A stretch of 45,156 bases of DNA from Octopus bimaculoides (lineage: Eukaryota). How positions within the stretch are numbered: the stretch's first letter is position 1; every line of letters begins with the position of its first letter. The translations under genes and the position numbers were made by a program. Shown piece after piece: positions 1 through 12,580 of the stretch. The DNA is taken from assembly GCF_001194135.2 (NCBI RefSeq), contig NC_068996.1, positions 30,581,823 through 30,626,978 of the forward strand, in the 5' to 3' direction. Under the pieces are notes generated by a model that was not told the DNA's origin, did no database searches, and saw only the letters and a list, made by a program, of their open reading frames with translations.

Positions 1-1131
1 TTACATCAGTATATAATTGATAGTATAAAGCTATCTTCAGCCGCAAATGTATTCCTTCCCAAGAATTATATCACATAGAAAGGAGGAAGAAAGATGAGAT
101 ATAAAAGGTGAGGTTCCGTTTGGTATTTTCCATTGTAATATACCTCGTAGAATTCTTCATTTGATATATTTATACATAAGTTCCTCGGTACTCCGGAATC
201 CGTCCATACTGTGCCACAATTCAGTGTAGAGTGAACGCTAAGTAAACAATACTATTTTATATTAGCTAGAAGGATAGTGTTAAAGGAGGGAAGAAGTTGG
301 TGGTTAAAACAATATAACAAAAATGAAATAATAATATAAAATAAAATAAGGAATATAAAATACTAAGAAGAAAAATACACAGATATTCATACAAAAAAAA
401 AAGGAGTCAGATCGGTGGGGCGGGTAATCTAAGAAACAATAAGAGAAAATCTGGATAGTAAAGTAAGATACATCTAAGCTATTTAGACCGGTTGGAGAAG
501 GGTGGTGACGAAAAATCTAAATGTAGAAGAAGAAGATAAATAGATATAGATACAGAGATCTTAAAGGTGGTAAGGGATAGATATATATGAGCTGTGTCTG
601 CCTAGATCAGTGGTGGGTCATAAATAAATAGCGTCAGGCTAGAGTAAACTTGAAATATGATATTCTTAGTATACAAACTTATCTATTATATTGGTACATA
701 CACTTATCTAGATGATAAAAGGGTGAAGGAGGTGGAAAGGGTAATTAAAACATATAAGACCTTAAAGAATGAATAATTAGAAAATGTCAACAAGAAAAGG
801 GAAATAAAGTATATGGACGTTAAAATTCAAAATACATAGTATTGGGAACATTTCAACCTTAGTAATATAGTATAATAGTGATAGGAAATAATAGCACCCA
901 CATTAATAATGCAAACAATAACAAATAAAAAATAAAAAATAAAAGATAAAATAAAAAGTAAAAAATAAAAAATTAAAAAAAAAAAAAAATAAGAAATAAA
1001 AAAATATAAAATAAAAATATAAAAATATAAAGTGAAAATATAAAATATATAAAAATATATATAAAAACATAAAAAAAAATATATATATAAAAAAATATAT
1101 AAATGTATATGTATATATATTCGTATCTTTA

Positions 1132-1789
1132 CTTCATTGGACACTAAACTCTGCTTGCAAAGACCTGTTGAGGCAAGTGAATTTGAAATCTGAAATCGAA
1201 ATTGAACTGAATCCGACGACTGGCACCCATGCCAACCTCTCCTTCATTGGACACTAAACTCTGCTTGCGAAGACCTGTTGGGGCAAGTGAAATCGAAATC
1301 GTAATTGAACCATATTTGATGACGAGCACCTGTGCCAGTGGAGCACTAACAGCACCGTCTGAGCATGTTCATTGCCAGAGCAGCTGTCTGGTTTCCGTGC
1401 TAGTGGCCCATAAATAGCACCATTTGAGTGGAATCGTTACCAGCGTCACCGTCTAGCACTTGTGCTGGTGGCACGTTAGAAAATCATTCGAGCGAGGTCG
1501 TTGCCCATGCTGTTGGACTGGCTCCCGTGTAGGTGGCACGTAAAAAACACCATTTTGAGTGAGGTCGTTGCCAGTGTCACTGGACTGGCTCCTTGTGCTG
1601 GTGGCATGTAAAAGCACCCACTACACTCTCGGAGTGGTTCGCGTTAGGAAAGGCATCCAACTGTAGAAACTCTGCCAGATCAGATTGGAGTCTAGTGTAG
1701 CCATCTGGTTCACCAGTCCTCAGTCAAATCGTCCAACCCATGCTAGCATGGAAGGCGGACGTTAAATGATGATGATGATGATGATGATG
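1132..1789 (+). mobile_element. RTE-type LINE 3' end / derived non-autonomous element with internal tandem repeats and (GAT)n tail
   Basis: Ends ...ccaacccatgctagcatggaaggcggacgttaa(atg)n. The same terminus recurs at 6330-6466, 15737-15949 (-) and near 38390-38560 (-). Family assignment is inferred from the microsatellite tail typical of RTE elements. Confidence 0.6.
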
Positions 1790-2120
1790 TAAATTAATAA
1801 TAAAAGGGTAAAATTAATTAATTAAATTAATTAATTAATCAATCAATTAATTAATAATTTTACCAAGTAGATCGGTATGTTAGAATAACGTTTTTAGGTA
1901 AAATTATACAAATATTCTATAATTATAAACATACTGAATTTAGAAATAGGAGTTAAAAATTCCTTTTCTACTGCTGTAAGAATCTCCCAGACAGTAACAC
2001 AATTTTTTACATAGGCAGAGAGAAAAATAATGAATCAACACGACTTCAATTAGCCAACACGACTTCAATTATATGTTTCAATCCAATGACTGTGACCATG
2101 CTAGAGCACCGCCATTCTAA

Positions 2121-2477
2121 TCATCTTTCCCCTTTCCACCTTTGTCGGAGCGGCTTTTGTTGAAGGATGGAGTTTGATGTTACTGCCCTCTTTTGAGTTT
2201 CTTGCCTAGATATTGGCTCATCCAGGATCTCTGTGAGCCAGAGGTCAAGTTCACATTTGAAAACGTCTCCATCCACTCCATGGAGGCTCCTCAGATGCTT
2301 CGGCAGACAGTTAAACAGCTGTGGGCCCTTGAAACCCAAGCTATTGCAGTACATCATCATTGCCCAAGATGAAACAGTCTGCACAGTGGGGACAGTACAG
2401 TGATGTCCTGTTCATGGTCTGGTATAGCTCTTTATTTCAAAGTTTGGTACCAGTCCTTCCAGTATCTTCCACACACA
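2121..2477 (-). mobile_element. CR1/L2-clade LINE 3' fragment
   Basis: Encodes YCNSLGFKGPQLFNCLPKHLR...FKCELDLWLTEILDEP, the C-terminus of CR1-type ORF2. Homologous to 11890-12580. Confidence 0.8.
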
Positions 2478-3065
2478 NNNNNNNNNNNNNNNNNNNNNNN
2501 NNNNNNNNNNNNNNNNNNNNNNNNNNNNNNNNNNNNNNNNNNNNNNNNNNNNNNNNNNNNNNNNNNNNNNNNNNNNNNNNNNNNNNNNNNNNNNNNNNNN
2601 NNNNNNNNNNNNNNNNNNNNNNNNNNNNNNNNNNNNNNNNNNNNNNNNNNNNNNNNNNNNNNNNNNNNNNNNNNNNNNNNNNNNNNNNNNNNNNNNNNNN
2701 NNNNNNNNNNNNNNNNNNNNNNNNNNNNNNNNNNNNNNNNNNNNNNNNNNNNNNNNNNNNNNNNNNNNNNNNNNNNNNNNNNNNNNNNNNNNNNNNNNNN
2801 NNNNNNNNNNNNNNNNNNNNNNNNNNNNNNNNNNNNNNNNNNNNNNNNNNNNNNNNNNNNNNNNNNNNNNNNNNNNNNNNNNNNNNNNNNNNNNNNNNNN
2901 NNNNNNNNNNNNNNNNNNNNNNNNNNNNNNNNNNNNNNNNNNNNNNNNNNNNNNNNNNNNNNNNNNNNNNNNNNNNNNNNNNNNNNNNNNNNNNNNNNNN
3001 NNNNNNNNNNNNNNNNNNNNNNNNNNNNNNNNNNNNNNNNNNNNNNNNNNNNNNNNNNNNNNNNN

Positions 3066-5300
3066 AACAGCAAACCAAATCAATATACTCTCCAAAGGGC
3101 TCAAGTTTACACCCACCCCACAACACCCCAACTACAATAAAATGAAAGAAGAGATTGCGGAATTCTGTAGAAAATTACGACTCACTGGGGAGCTATACAA
3201 CAAATAAAACAAGGACGAATCATTGGACCGAAATAAAAGTAACTACACCCCCTCAAAAGGTAAGAACAAAACTCTTGATCATTTCTGTGAATGCATCTTG
3301 AATCGCCCATATCAACATATGCACAAACAAAAACACAAGTCAAACTTCAGGAAAACAGAATGGGCTGAGCTGAACAAATTAAAAGATGACAAAACAATAA
3401 CAATCAGAGAGGCTGATAAAGGGAGTGCAGTTGTCTTAATGGACACGGTATTCTATATAACTCTAGTACTATCCATATTGGAAGACACAACATATTATGA
3501 AAAGGCCCAACACTACAGTCAGCAGAAAATAATGAGAGACCTAAACTCCATGTTAAACCTATACAGAGAGGGGCTCACTGACAAAGAATATGACTGTATG
3601 ACCAATTTCAAAAGTAAAACCAGTCAATTCTACGGTATTCCCAAGATACACAAAAGTGAGAAAATAAGTAATGCATGCAAAATAGCCACAGACATAATAA
3701 TAATCACAGTCCCTACTCCAAATGACCTCAAATTGAGACCTATAATGGCAGGTCCCGCATGCAAAACCCATCACCTCAGTAACTTTTTAGATACCCTCTT
3801 AAAACCATTCCTCAAGCATGTCAAAAGCTATATAAGGAATGACCTGGATATGCTCAATCACCTCCCTGAAACAATAAACAAAAACACTCTACTAGTATCC
3901 TTCGATGTAGTCAACCTCTATTCCAATATCCCCCACAACCTAAGAATAGAGGCAATTCAATTCTGGCTAGAGAATTACCTCAACGAACTCCCCACCCCAC
4001 AAAAAAAAATTTGTGATAGAAGGGCTAAAATTTATCCTGGAAAATAATTACTTCGTCTTCAAAGACAACTCCTATTGACAAAAATCGGGGACTGCGATGG
4101 GTACGAGAATGGCCACCTCCTTTGCTAACCTAGTCATGGGATATCTAGAAATCAGTCTTATTGTAAGGTTCTAGAAAAATACGGCAGCCCGTTCTCCCTC
4201 TACATAGAAAATAACTGGAAGAGATACCTGGATGACTGTTTCATTCTTAGGCATGAAAATATAGAGAAACTTAAAGAATTCCAAGCACCTATAAATGGAC
4301 TTGACGTAAACATTCAATTCGCGATGGAATATAGCCAGTGACAACTTCCCTTCCTCGACATCCTCATTAAGAAATCTAACAACATAATTGAAACAGATAT
4401 ATACTATAAGCCTACGGACTCCAAGCAATATCTACTGTTGAACGCATGCCACCCCAGACTCACCAGAATGAATATCCCCTTCAGCTTGGCAAAAAGGATA
4501 TGTACTATAGTTTCTAATACAAATACCAGAGACACACGACTACATGAACTAAAAGATACACTCATCACCAGGAACTACCCATCTTCACTAATTGACATAT
4601 GCTTTCAACGTGCCCTCCAACTCAACATCCAGGAACTCAGACATCCCAAATTAAAGAAGGATTTACAACCAAGAGCCCTACCATTACATCTCCACACACA
4701 ACCCTCTCAACAATGAAGCCTTTGACACCATCCTACAAAACATTCTCCTGCTAAAAAAGGACCACAGAATGAACTTAATTCTCCAAACACACACCATCAT
4801 AAAAAGCAACCCAAATCTATGAAAAGTCTCCTAACACAAGCCCGAATATGCTCAACAGCAACACAGAAGCTGTCAGTAAAAAAAATGCAGAAGACCCAAC
4901 TGTGGGATATGCATCAATTTAAGTGAGGGATCAGAGTTCTTCTTCAAACAGGGACAACATTTCACAGTGAAAAGCAACTTCAGATGTGCTTCGGAGAACC
5001 TGATATACACACTAACCTGCTCTGGGTGTCAAGAGCAATACATAGGCCAAACAAAAAACAGTCTACGTCAAAGGATGGCTCTGCACAGATCCCAGATCAA
5101 AATTCCCTGAAACAGAAAAATAGCATTCAGCCAACACATCGACATTTGCGCCAATAACAAAAATCAAAGCTTCAGAATTTTTCCCCTCTACCAATTCAGG
5201 GATGATACAACCTGTAGCCAACAAATTAGTAAAGAGACTCCCTTTATTACAAAATGCAGACTCCTTTTGAACACGTCTACAATAAATGACATATTCACCA
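3066..5300 (+). mobile_element. Penelope-like element (RT + Zn linker + GIY-YIG endonuclease), pseudogenised
   Basis: PLE motifs in order: ILSKGLKFTPTP, TIREADKGSAVVLMD, LRPIMAGP, LVSFDVVNLYSNIPH, GTAMGT, WKRYLDDCF, FLDIL, DIYYKPTD, CxxxxCxxC linker, LIYTLTCSGCQEQYIGQT. A few stops and frameshifts (e.g. at the A-run near 4000). The 5' end is hidden by a gap. Confidence 0.92.
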
Positions 5301-5539
5301 CAGCCTTAGAATAACACACACATGCAAATACTAAAAATGACACATTCAAGAGATTCCCAAGAATTCATTAAAAAACAGTTCCAATCACTATTGTAATCCA
5401 TAATGAGCCACTTTTAGGTCACTCGGCCATTTAACACCTTATTACCATCATACCACCTACATTCTTTCTTATTTTCCCTTCTTCTTCTCCTCCTCCTCCT
5501 CCTCCTCCCCTCCCCTCCTCCCCTCCTCATCCTCCTGTT

Positions 5540-6075
5540 TATTAAGCAATTGTGGTGAGTTATGGGTTAAAATTTTGAGGGCTTCTTTTAAGTAGAGTCC
5601 ACAAATGAAGTGCTGGCCCTGATATGGGATATCAGAGTCTCTTATAGCCCAGGAAAGTCTATTTTGTATTTTCCCATTAATTAAATAGTATACATCACTT
5701 GCTAGTGATATGGAAATGCTATTCTCTTTTATATTTAAACGAGTTTATATGTGCATAATATCTTTGTTTGAAAGATGTGGTAGATCCAGTGTAGTAGCTA
5801 TAGGAGTTATTTACTATGTTGTGAATGGTGCATTGGTATATGACATTGAATCTTCTGCAATAGGCTTGCAGCGGGCAGTCTGTCCCAGATGTGCAGTTGC
5901 AGCTCTCAGTTCTATGATGGTTAATTGGAGAGAGATGAGGTAGTGGTTAGGTTAGTATTAGGTGAATCGTTTGTGATATTGCTGTTATCATTGCCATCAT
6001 TACTACTATCAATATCAATGCCAGTGTAACCATTATTACTATTATCATTATCGTTATCGACTATTATTATTATTT
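5540..6075 (-). mobile_element. Second PLE fragment: GIY-YIG endonuclease remnant preceded by a low-complexity linker
   Basis: Minus-strand translation gives CNCTSGTDCPLQAYCRRFNVIYQCTIHN...YYTGSTTSFKQRYYAHINSF...LSWAIR...CGLYLKEALKILTHNSPQLLNKQ, typical of a PLE EN C-terminus. Confidence 0.8.
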
Positions 6076-6566
6076 TATGTTTGACTTTTGCTTATACTCT
6101 CGAAAGGAGATTTTATGGTGGCTAGATTCTGTGTTGATGTACTAAAACAAGGCTAGCCTTAGGAAGTGTAGGGCCCGATTGGGAACAATTTTGGTGGGCC
6201 CCAGGTTCCCAGTGAACTTGCACCAAGGTCTATAGAATCATAAAAAATATAAAAATCAAAAAAATATAAAAATCCAGCTGTTGAAAATATGCTACCATAT
6301 GGTGCCATGTAAAAGATTCAGTCCACAGTGTAAAGTGGTGGCGTTAGAGAGGGTATCTAGCCACAAAAAAAACTTGCTAAACCAGACAGGTGCCAGACGT
6401 AGCCCCTGGCTTGTTGGCTCCTGTCAAACCGTCCAACCCATGCCAGCATGGAAAATGGATGTTAAANNNNNNNNNNNNNNNNNNNNNNNNNNNNNNNNNN
6501 NNNNNNNNNNNNNNNNNNNNNNNNNNNNNNNNNNNNNNNNNNNNNNNNNNNNNNNNNNNNNNNNNN

Positions 6567-6601
<35 letters not shown>

Positions 6602-7199
6602 TGCATCTGTGTCCATTTTAATCTGATGATTCTACCATACCCCTTACTATATTGTGTGCAATAAATACTTTCCAGGCGGTGCTGTTAAGCACAGTTTCTT
6701 TCATTCTCAAATTTTGTTTCTTGGCTGTTAATTAGAATTTATTTTTGATTATACTGGGAGGATTGCAAAGCAACTTAAACTTGCTCTTTCCATGAAGTAG
6801 GTTGATGTTATATCACATACAAAATAACAATTATAACCATTCACCCATAATCATATAGCATTTTTCACTCATTAGCTGGCAACTATCACAATGGAGAACA
6901 AAATATTAGTTACTTACATAACTAATGCACAATGATGCACTGGAAAAAATTGGTTTCATGCAAAACTTAGAACATGGAGTATTAAAGCTAAGAAAAGATA
7001 CATTGGCTTTTCTTTTCTCTACTTCTTTAATTTTGATGGAGTAAGAATAACAAGAAGTGAGTGACCTTAAATGAATGAAAATGGTAATCTTCAGTTTTAG
7101 TTCCCCTCTCTTACTGGTATGAATGTACATGGAACATTACTTTTCTTTGGAAAGAAAATCATGATACAATGATGACTGCTGTTTATGGCCAAAAATATG

Positions 7200-8400
7200 T
7201 AGGTTCTAGGAGAAGCTAGAAATATGTTTATTGAAGTAATGAGTTTGCTATGCTCAGGGTATGAGGCCTCCTGCTTTGAGGAGTTGTATAAAGTGGACCC
7301 ACCTAGTAGTGATTTGAATGCCACAATGCTTTCAGCATTGGTAACAACCAACCAGTCAGCTGCAATCTGCAATCCAAAAATGAGGTCCGTGTGGCAGTAA
7401 ATCATCTGAAGAGTGGGAAGGTAACATGATGTTCATAAGGTGATGATTAAGTAAGTTTGGCCTGCTGAAGTCTTGTTTTTTTTTTGCTTAATTTGGAGCA
7501 GTGGCATCATAGAGCCTGACTGATAGAGGGGCTTAATTATCCCACTCTGGATAGGTAAAGGTGACTACAATGATCACAACAATTACAGGGCTGTTACACT
7601 CCTGTCAGTACCAGAATTCAGCAGCACTAACTGTGTCATTAGCAAATTCTAAGTCTATAATCCTAATTTCACAGCTGAATGGTGGCTTGATTGAATTGTG
7701 GTGCACTCACTAGTGAAATTAGGATTATAGACTTAGAATTTGCTAATGACACAGTTATTCTTGCTGAATCTCTGGATGGCTTAAGGAGTGCTCTCCTTTT
7801 ACTGAGTGAGGAAGCAGAGCCACTTGGCTTTAGAGTTTCTTGGATTGAGACAAAGATCCAGTCCTTCATTGGCTTCTTGGAGGACTCCACCTTGTCTGTC
7901 AGTGTCATGAATGAGAATGTTGAATTTGTTTACCACTTTGTTTACCACTTCACAGTGAGATTCATAGTGGCATTAGCTGTGAATCTTAAGTCCTAAAAGG
8001 ATTTGGACAAGCTGGTGCAGCTATGGACTCATTGGACGTGGGTGTTTACTGCTGGCAATATCTATGCAGGAAGACAAATGTTCAGATCTTGAGGTCTCTG
8101 GTCCTCCCTGCCTGTCCAACTTTATAGTTGTGAGACTTGGACACTATCTGGGCCTTTGGGAGTTGCCTGAACTCCTTTGGAGCCAGGATTATAGGTGTCT
8201 ATTGCTTGGGTTTTGTTCCAACCAATGACTCTACCCAGAAGCTGGGATGCATTCTCTTACTTGTATGATTTAGCCATGTTGCTCAATTTTCCAAGTAAGA
8301 CCTTGCTTGCCACGTTCTCTTCACTGAGGATCTCACTGAGTTGACAGATCTTTTGGATAACCACATGACACATGGTCATATGATCAACCAGCATGACCAT
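7200..8400 (+). mobile_element. RTE-clade LINE RT fragment
   Basis: FEELYKVDPP...EVRVAVNHLKSGK; GLIIPLW.GKGDYNDHNNYR.VTLLSVP; LEFANDTVILAESLDGL...EEAEPLGFRVSWIETKIQ (FADD-equivalent motif). Confidence 0.8.
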
Positions 8401-9369
8401 GATGAGGAGATATCTAGGAGAGATGGGGACTGACTGGAACTTTGCTCAATGGGTCATGAGGGAGGACCTAGGAATATACTATCAAATGGTGAATGCAGCA
8501 AGCACTACAATGGCGCATGCCCTCTCACCTGAACCACCTAAAGTGATGAGTGTTTTGGTGTTAGTAGTGAAAATTCTTTTTAAAATCCAGCATTTTGGCC
8601 CTCATGAATATGGTTACTGCCAAGATCAGGAATTTATCAGCTGTCATGCTTTACTGCTCATATTACTAAGTTCCTGACATATCATCTGCCAGACAAATTC
8701 TTCTCTCTTTGTTTTCAGATCTAGTCTCTTTTACTGACGTCTAAAGTAAATTTGACTTGGATAGATGTGTGATAACATTTTCACTCAAAACTCTGGGATG
8801 TGTTTGTTATAATTTGATTTGCCAGATTTTTACTGATGTCATTATTCAATTTATTTCTGCACATTTTATTTACAAAGAAAACGGATTATAAGTTGAGGCA
8901 GAGACCTGCTCCAATAGTAATACATATCATAGCTTGAAATTTTCTACTTTCTATCAGCTGTAAAAATCACATATTCTTTTATAAAAAAGAATGTAAACGT
9001 TTCTATTTGCTGCGTTGGTAGCATCACAACTTAAACAGTCAGTTGCATCAGAAGTAATATATAAGAAGCAATCACATCAATCACAACAGTGCAACTAGAG
9101 AAAAAAACCCATACCCTGCTCACAAATAACTAGTATAAAGAGCTAAAACAATGGCAAAGAACTACTTGTAAAAAGGATAGTAACCTATATTATCAACCTC
9201 AACCAGTTCTGTAAGAAGGATAGTAACCTATATTATCAACCTCAACCAGTTCATTTATCCCGTTTTTCAACATCATACAGGTGAATACACACACACAAAT
9301 ACATATAGATTTATGCACCAAGTCACATACATGCACGTATGTAGACAGACATATATGCCAGTCGATCTA

Positions 9370-10200
9370 TGCCATCCAGGCTAGCAGAAGAGTCTCCTCA
9401 AAGACACCATGTTCCTAACAAAATCAATAACCTTACTCTGGACTATTATTGTAATTTCAGGGTGAGAATTATTTCTAGATCCACATCAGAGTGGCACAAG
9501 TCAGATGAAAGTAGTGCTATTTCAGTAATTCTTTTTGCCATTGAAATGAACATGATGGACAAGTTAGTAGAGGTAGAACACTAAGCTTCTGATGGGCATG
9601 CAACAACCTTCAGTGACAGCCTTTATAGATGATCTGATTGGAATGACATCTATTTGGTGGTGGGAGATGTATCCTTCAAGGTCTGAGAAACTCGTTCCAT
9701 ACACAAGGATTAGCTTCAAATCATCAAAACCTTTGTGGTGATGAGAGAGAAAATGATGGAAAGCTACTGCTTCACTTTATCCCCAAACCATCATCTCAAC
9801 ATTGATAGAACAGTTGCTCAAGTTATTGTGGAACTCTTTAACTACAACCTAAAGAATACAGCTACTATCCACAAAATCAGAAAAGACCATGAATCTAGGT
9901 TGTCTGGTCACTTCAATGCCTGGGTATGCTAGCACATCATCTTGCTCAAAGTTTTGTGCCCTGCACATGGAGGAGTCTGATAAGAGAAAGCTTACCAAAT
10001 GCCAGATGCCTGTATAATTGTATGGAAGCCAATATTGATGGGCTCACTGTGAGCCAATTGAAATAAGCTGCCAGAGTTTTGAAGGATGATTACTTTGCAA
10101 ATCTCTGCCCTAGCTTGGAATCTGTGGTGCAGCAAAGAGTGGTTAGGGTCCATACTTTTCAAATCTAAAGCCAGTGGTTATACCTAACAATAAGCTTGTT
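9370..10200 (+). mobile_element. Hero/NeSL-like (restriction-like endonuclease clade) non-LTR RT fragment
   Basis: RHHVPNKINNLTLDYYCNFRVR...ISVILFAIEMNMM..EVE, AFIDDL and GHFNAWVC*HIILLKVLCP resemble the Hero-type RT motifs HHVP.KI..LILDYY..FRLR, ISVILFALAMNM, AYMDDL and GKFKAWIYQH.ILPR.LWP (recalled consensus, not a database search). Confidence 0.7.
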
Positions 10201-10399
10201 CTATTCTTCATAACTCTATGCTCATTAATAGAATACAGTCTCTCCTTAAAATCACTATGTTCCAGTGTTTCATTGTTATAGGCTGAATAATCCTTAAATA
10301 TCTGCTAGTTAGCTGCCAACTGAAATAATCTCAATGAGATGTTTTTAACCATTTTTTTCTTTTTGTATATTGTTCAAATAGTTCAAAAGTTTATTTACA

Positions 10400-10700
10400 A
10401 ATTAATGATCTCATCTGGGTTTCTAATGAGTAAATCAATCTATTAGAAAGATCCAAGGTCACATCTCCAAAAATTGGAGAACCTTCTTTCCAAATATATT
10501 CTCACAATTACCCAAATGTAAATGAAATTCCCAGCATGTATGAACTGGTAAGACAGACAATTTGTTTTTATCACTACGAAGGTGTACAAAAGCAATTATT
10601 TGACAAACTCAAGTATGTAAAATATCAGCAAGCAAAGCATTGGCATATAAATTAAACTGAACACATGTTTTTATTGTCAAAGAAGATTTTATCCAATTGT
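10400..10700 (+). mobile_element. Possible hAT transposase C-terminal (dimerisation domain) remnant
   Basis: YPNVNEIPSMYELVRQTICF...QKQLFDKLKYVKYQQ resembles the hAT/GTF2IRD2-type CEQLFSKMKYVKS motif. Short and degenerate. Confidence 0.35.
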
Positions 10701-11889
10701 CACATATTTTACTGCTTACCTTTTACTTGTGTTAGTTTTTAGAATTGAAGGGATTAGTCAAACAAATCCATGTAAATTTAGTAAACAAACCGACATCAGT
10801 TGTGAAGCAGTGGTGAAAGACCAATATAAAGACACACACACGCACATGCGCGTGCACACACACACTTACACACACATGATAGTCACTCCTGTCAATTTTG
10901 ACTCATGAGTGTTTGAAGGAGAGAATTTAAAGAAAAGAAAAAAGTGAGACAAAGAAAAAAACAACTTTAAAATAAAAAAATAAAAGAAGTTGCATCTATT
11001 TGTGATGATTGCATGAATGTAATTTGAGTGCAGGTATGGATTTTGACATAAAGTCACACTGAGGACACTGATAACTTTGACTTTGCCTGGGATTGGGCAA
11101 ATGTGTCAAGATACAATTCTTTTATTGTTCTGATATTAACATAAATGGGCTGAGGTTCACTACAGCTGTTTCAGACATGTCTCTTATTGATGAACAACTC
11201 AATTTACATTATGAAAAAAAAAGTTTTCTTCGGGTGAATTAAAAGTAGATTAATATTTAATATTTAGGATTTTTTACACAAATTGACTCCCTCACCTCGG
11301 TGCCAGTTGAGACAGTCACTCTCTCAACCAGTATCTGTAAAATACCTCAAGGTTGGTATTTTAGTTGAATGAATTGCCCATAGGACTTATGTTTTGAAGC
11401 CTAGTACTTATTCTATTGGTCTCTTTTTTGCAGAACTGCTAAGTTACAAGGACATAAACACACCAACACTGGTTGTCAAGCAGTGTGGAGGAATACACAC
11501 AGACTTAAAGACACACACACATAAATATCTATACATACATACATATATATATGTGTGTGCGTGTGTGTGTGTATGTGTGTGTGTGTGTCTGTGTGTGTGT
11601 GTGTGTGTGTCTGTAAAAAGGTTGAATGTAGATTCGTCCTTTAATTTGGAGGTTTCCAAAAAAGATTTCTTATGTTGATTCTTCATACTTTGCTGGTAGT
11701 TTACAGGTGTAAATTTGAAAGGATACAAAAGTAATACTTGTATATAATGTATGGTGAATTTATGGAAAGAAGTCCCATAAAACTCATCAATTTATTTAAC
11801 AACTTATCTCCTCCATTTTAAAATAAATTGATGAGTTTTATGAGACTTCTTTCCATAAATTGACCATACATTATATACAAGTATATATA

Positions 11890-12580
11890 TACCCATTAAA
11901 TACACTGGAGCTGGAGGGACTGCAATTCCAGAAGCAGAGACAGTGCAAGACCTGGACATTTACATGAGTAATAATGCATCCTTTCATGTTCATGTTGCTA
12001 AATTGTCAATGAAATGCAGGCGACTGACCAGATGGATTCTTAGGACTTTTAGAACAAGAGATCAGGAAACCAGGATGGTGCTCTGGAGGACACTTGTTCT
12101 AAGCTACTTTGACTATTGTTCTCAGCTATGGTCACCAACCAGTGTCAAATTAATCTCAGAACTTGAGGCAATCCTACGAAGCTATATGAAGAAGATAGCC
12201 TCTATGCAGCATATAAGCTATTGGGAAAGACTCAAGAGATTAAGACTCTATTCCTCAGAGCGTGAAGATCCTCGAAGGAATTGTCCCAAACTTTGGCATT
12301 GAAAGTTACACAAATAAAAGAACTGGACGCCATTGCATAGTGCCAAGGACTCCAAATTTGCCATCAAGATGTAGGACAAAATACTGCAATAGCCTGGGCT
12401 TCAGAGGTCCACAGCTCTTCAATATCCTCCCGAAGGACCTGAGAGAACTGCATGCGGTGGATGTAGGTGTCTTCAAGATGAGGCTGGACCTCTTCCTGTC
12501 AGGTGTCCCAGATGAACCAACTTCACGGCAAGAGGTGCAGATGAGAGCAGCTGCATCAAACTCTCTCATGCACCAAATGT
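11890..12580 (+). mobile_element. CR1/L2-clade LINE 3' fragment
   Basis: WILRTFRTRD...LWRTLVLSYFDYCSQLWSP...ELEAILRSY.KKI..MQHISYWERLKRLRLYS, then KILEGIVPNFGI...NSLGFRGPQLFNILP. Confidence 0.9.

Noticed and set aside
1132-1620. Regularly spaced repeats as a CRISPR-like array
   Set aside because: The whole 65-bp unit is repeated with divergence (no unique spacers), the context is eukaryotic, and no cas genes are present.
2360-3145. Long ORFs spanning N-runs (also 6281-6664, 12566-12847, 15805-16403, 21680-22754, 35440-36090, 42238-42639, 43739-44447)
   Set aside because: They are open only because N codons contain no stops. Gaps lie at 2478-3065, 6467-6566, 12581-12801, 13547-13556, 15950-16329, 21876-22347, 35545-35935, 42249-42566 and 43754-44334.
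6918-6939. 22-nt minus-strand segment bounded by ttttttccag| and |gtaagt (microexon-like)
   Set aside because: It has no partner exons in compatible phase and no homology; such signals arise by chance in AT-rich DNA.
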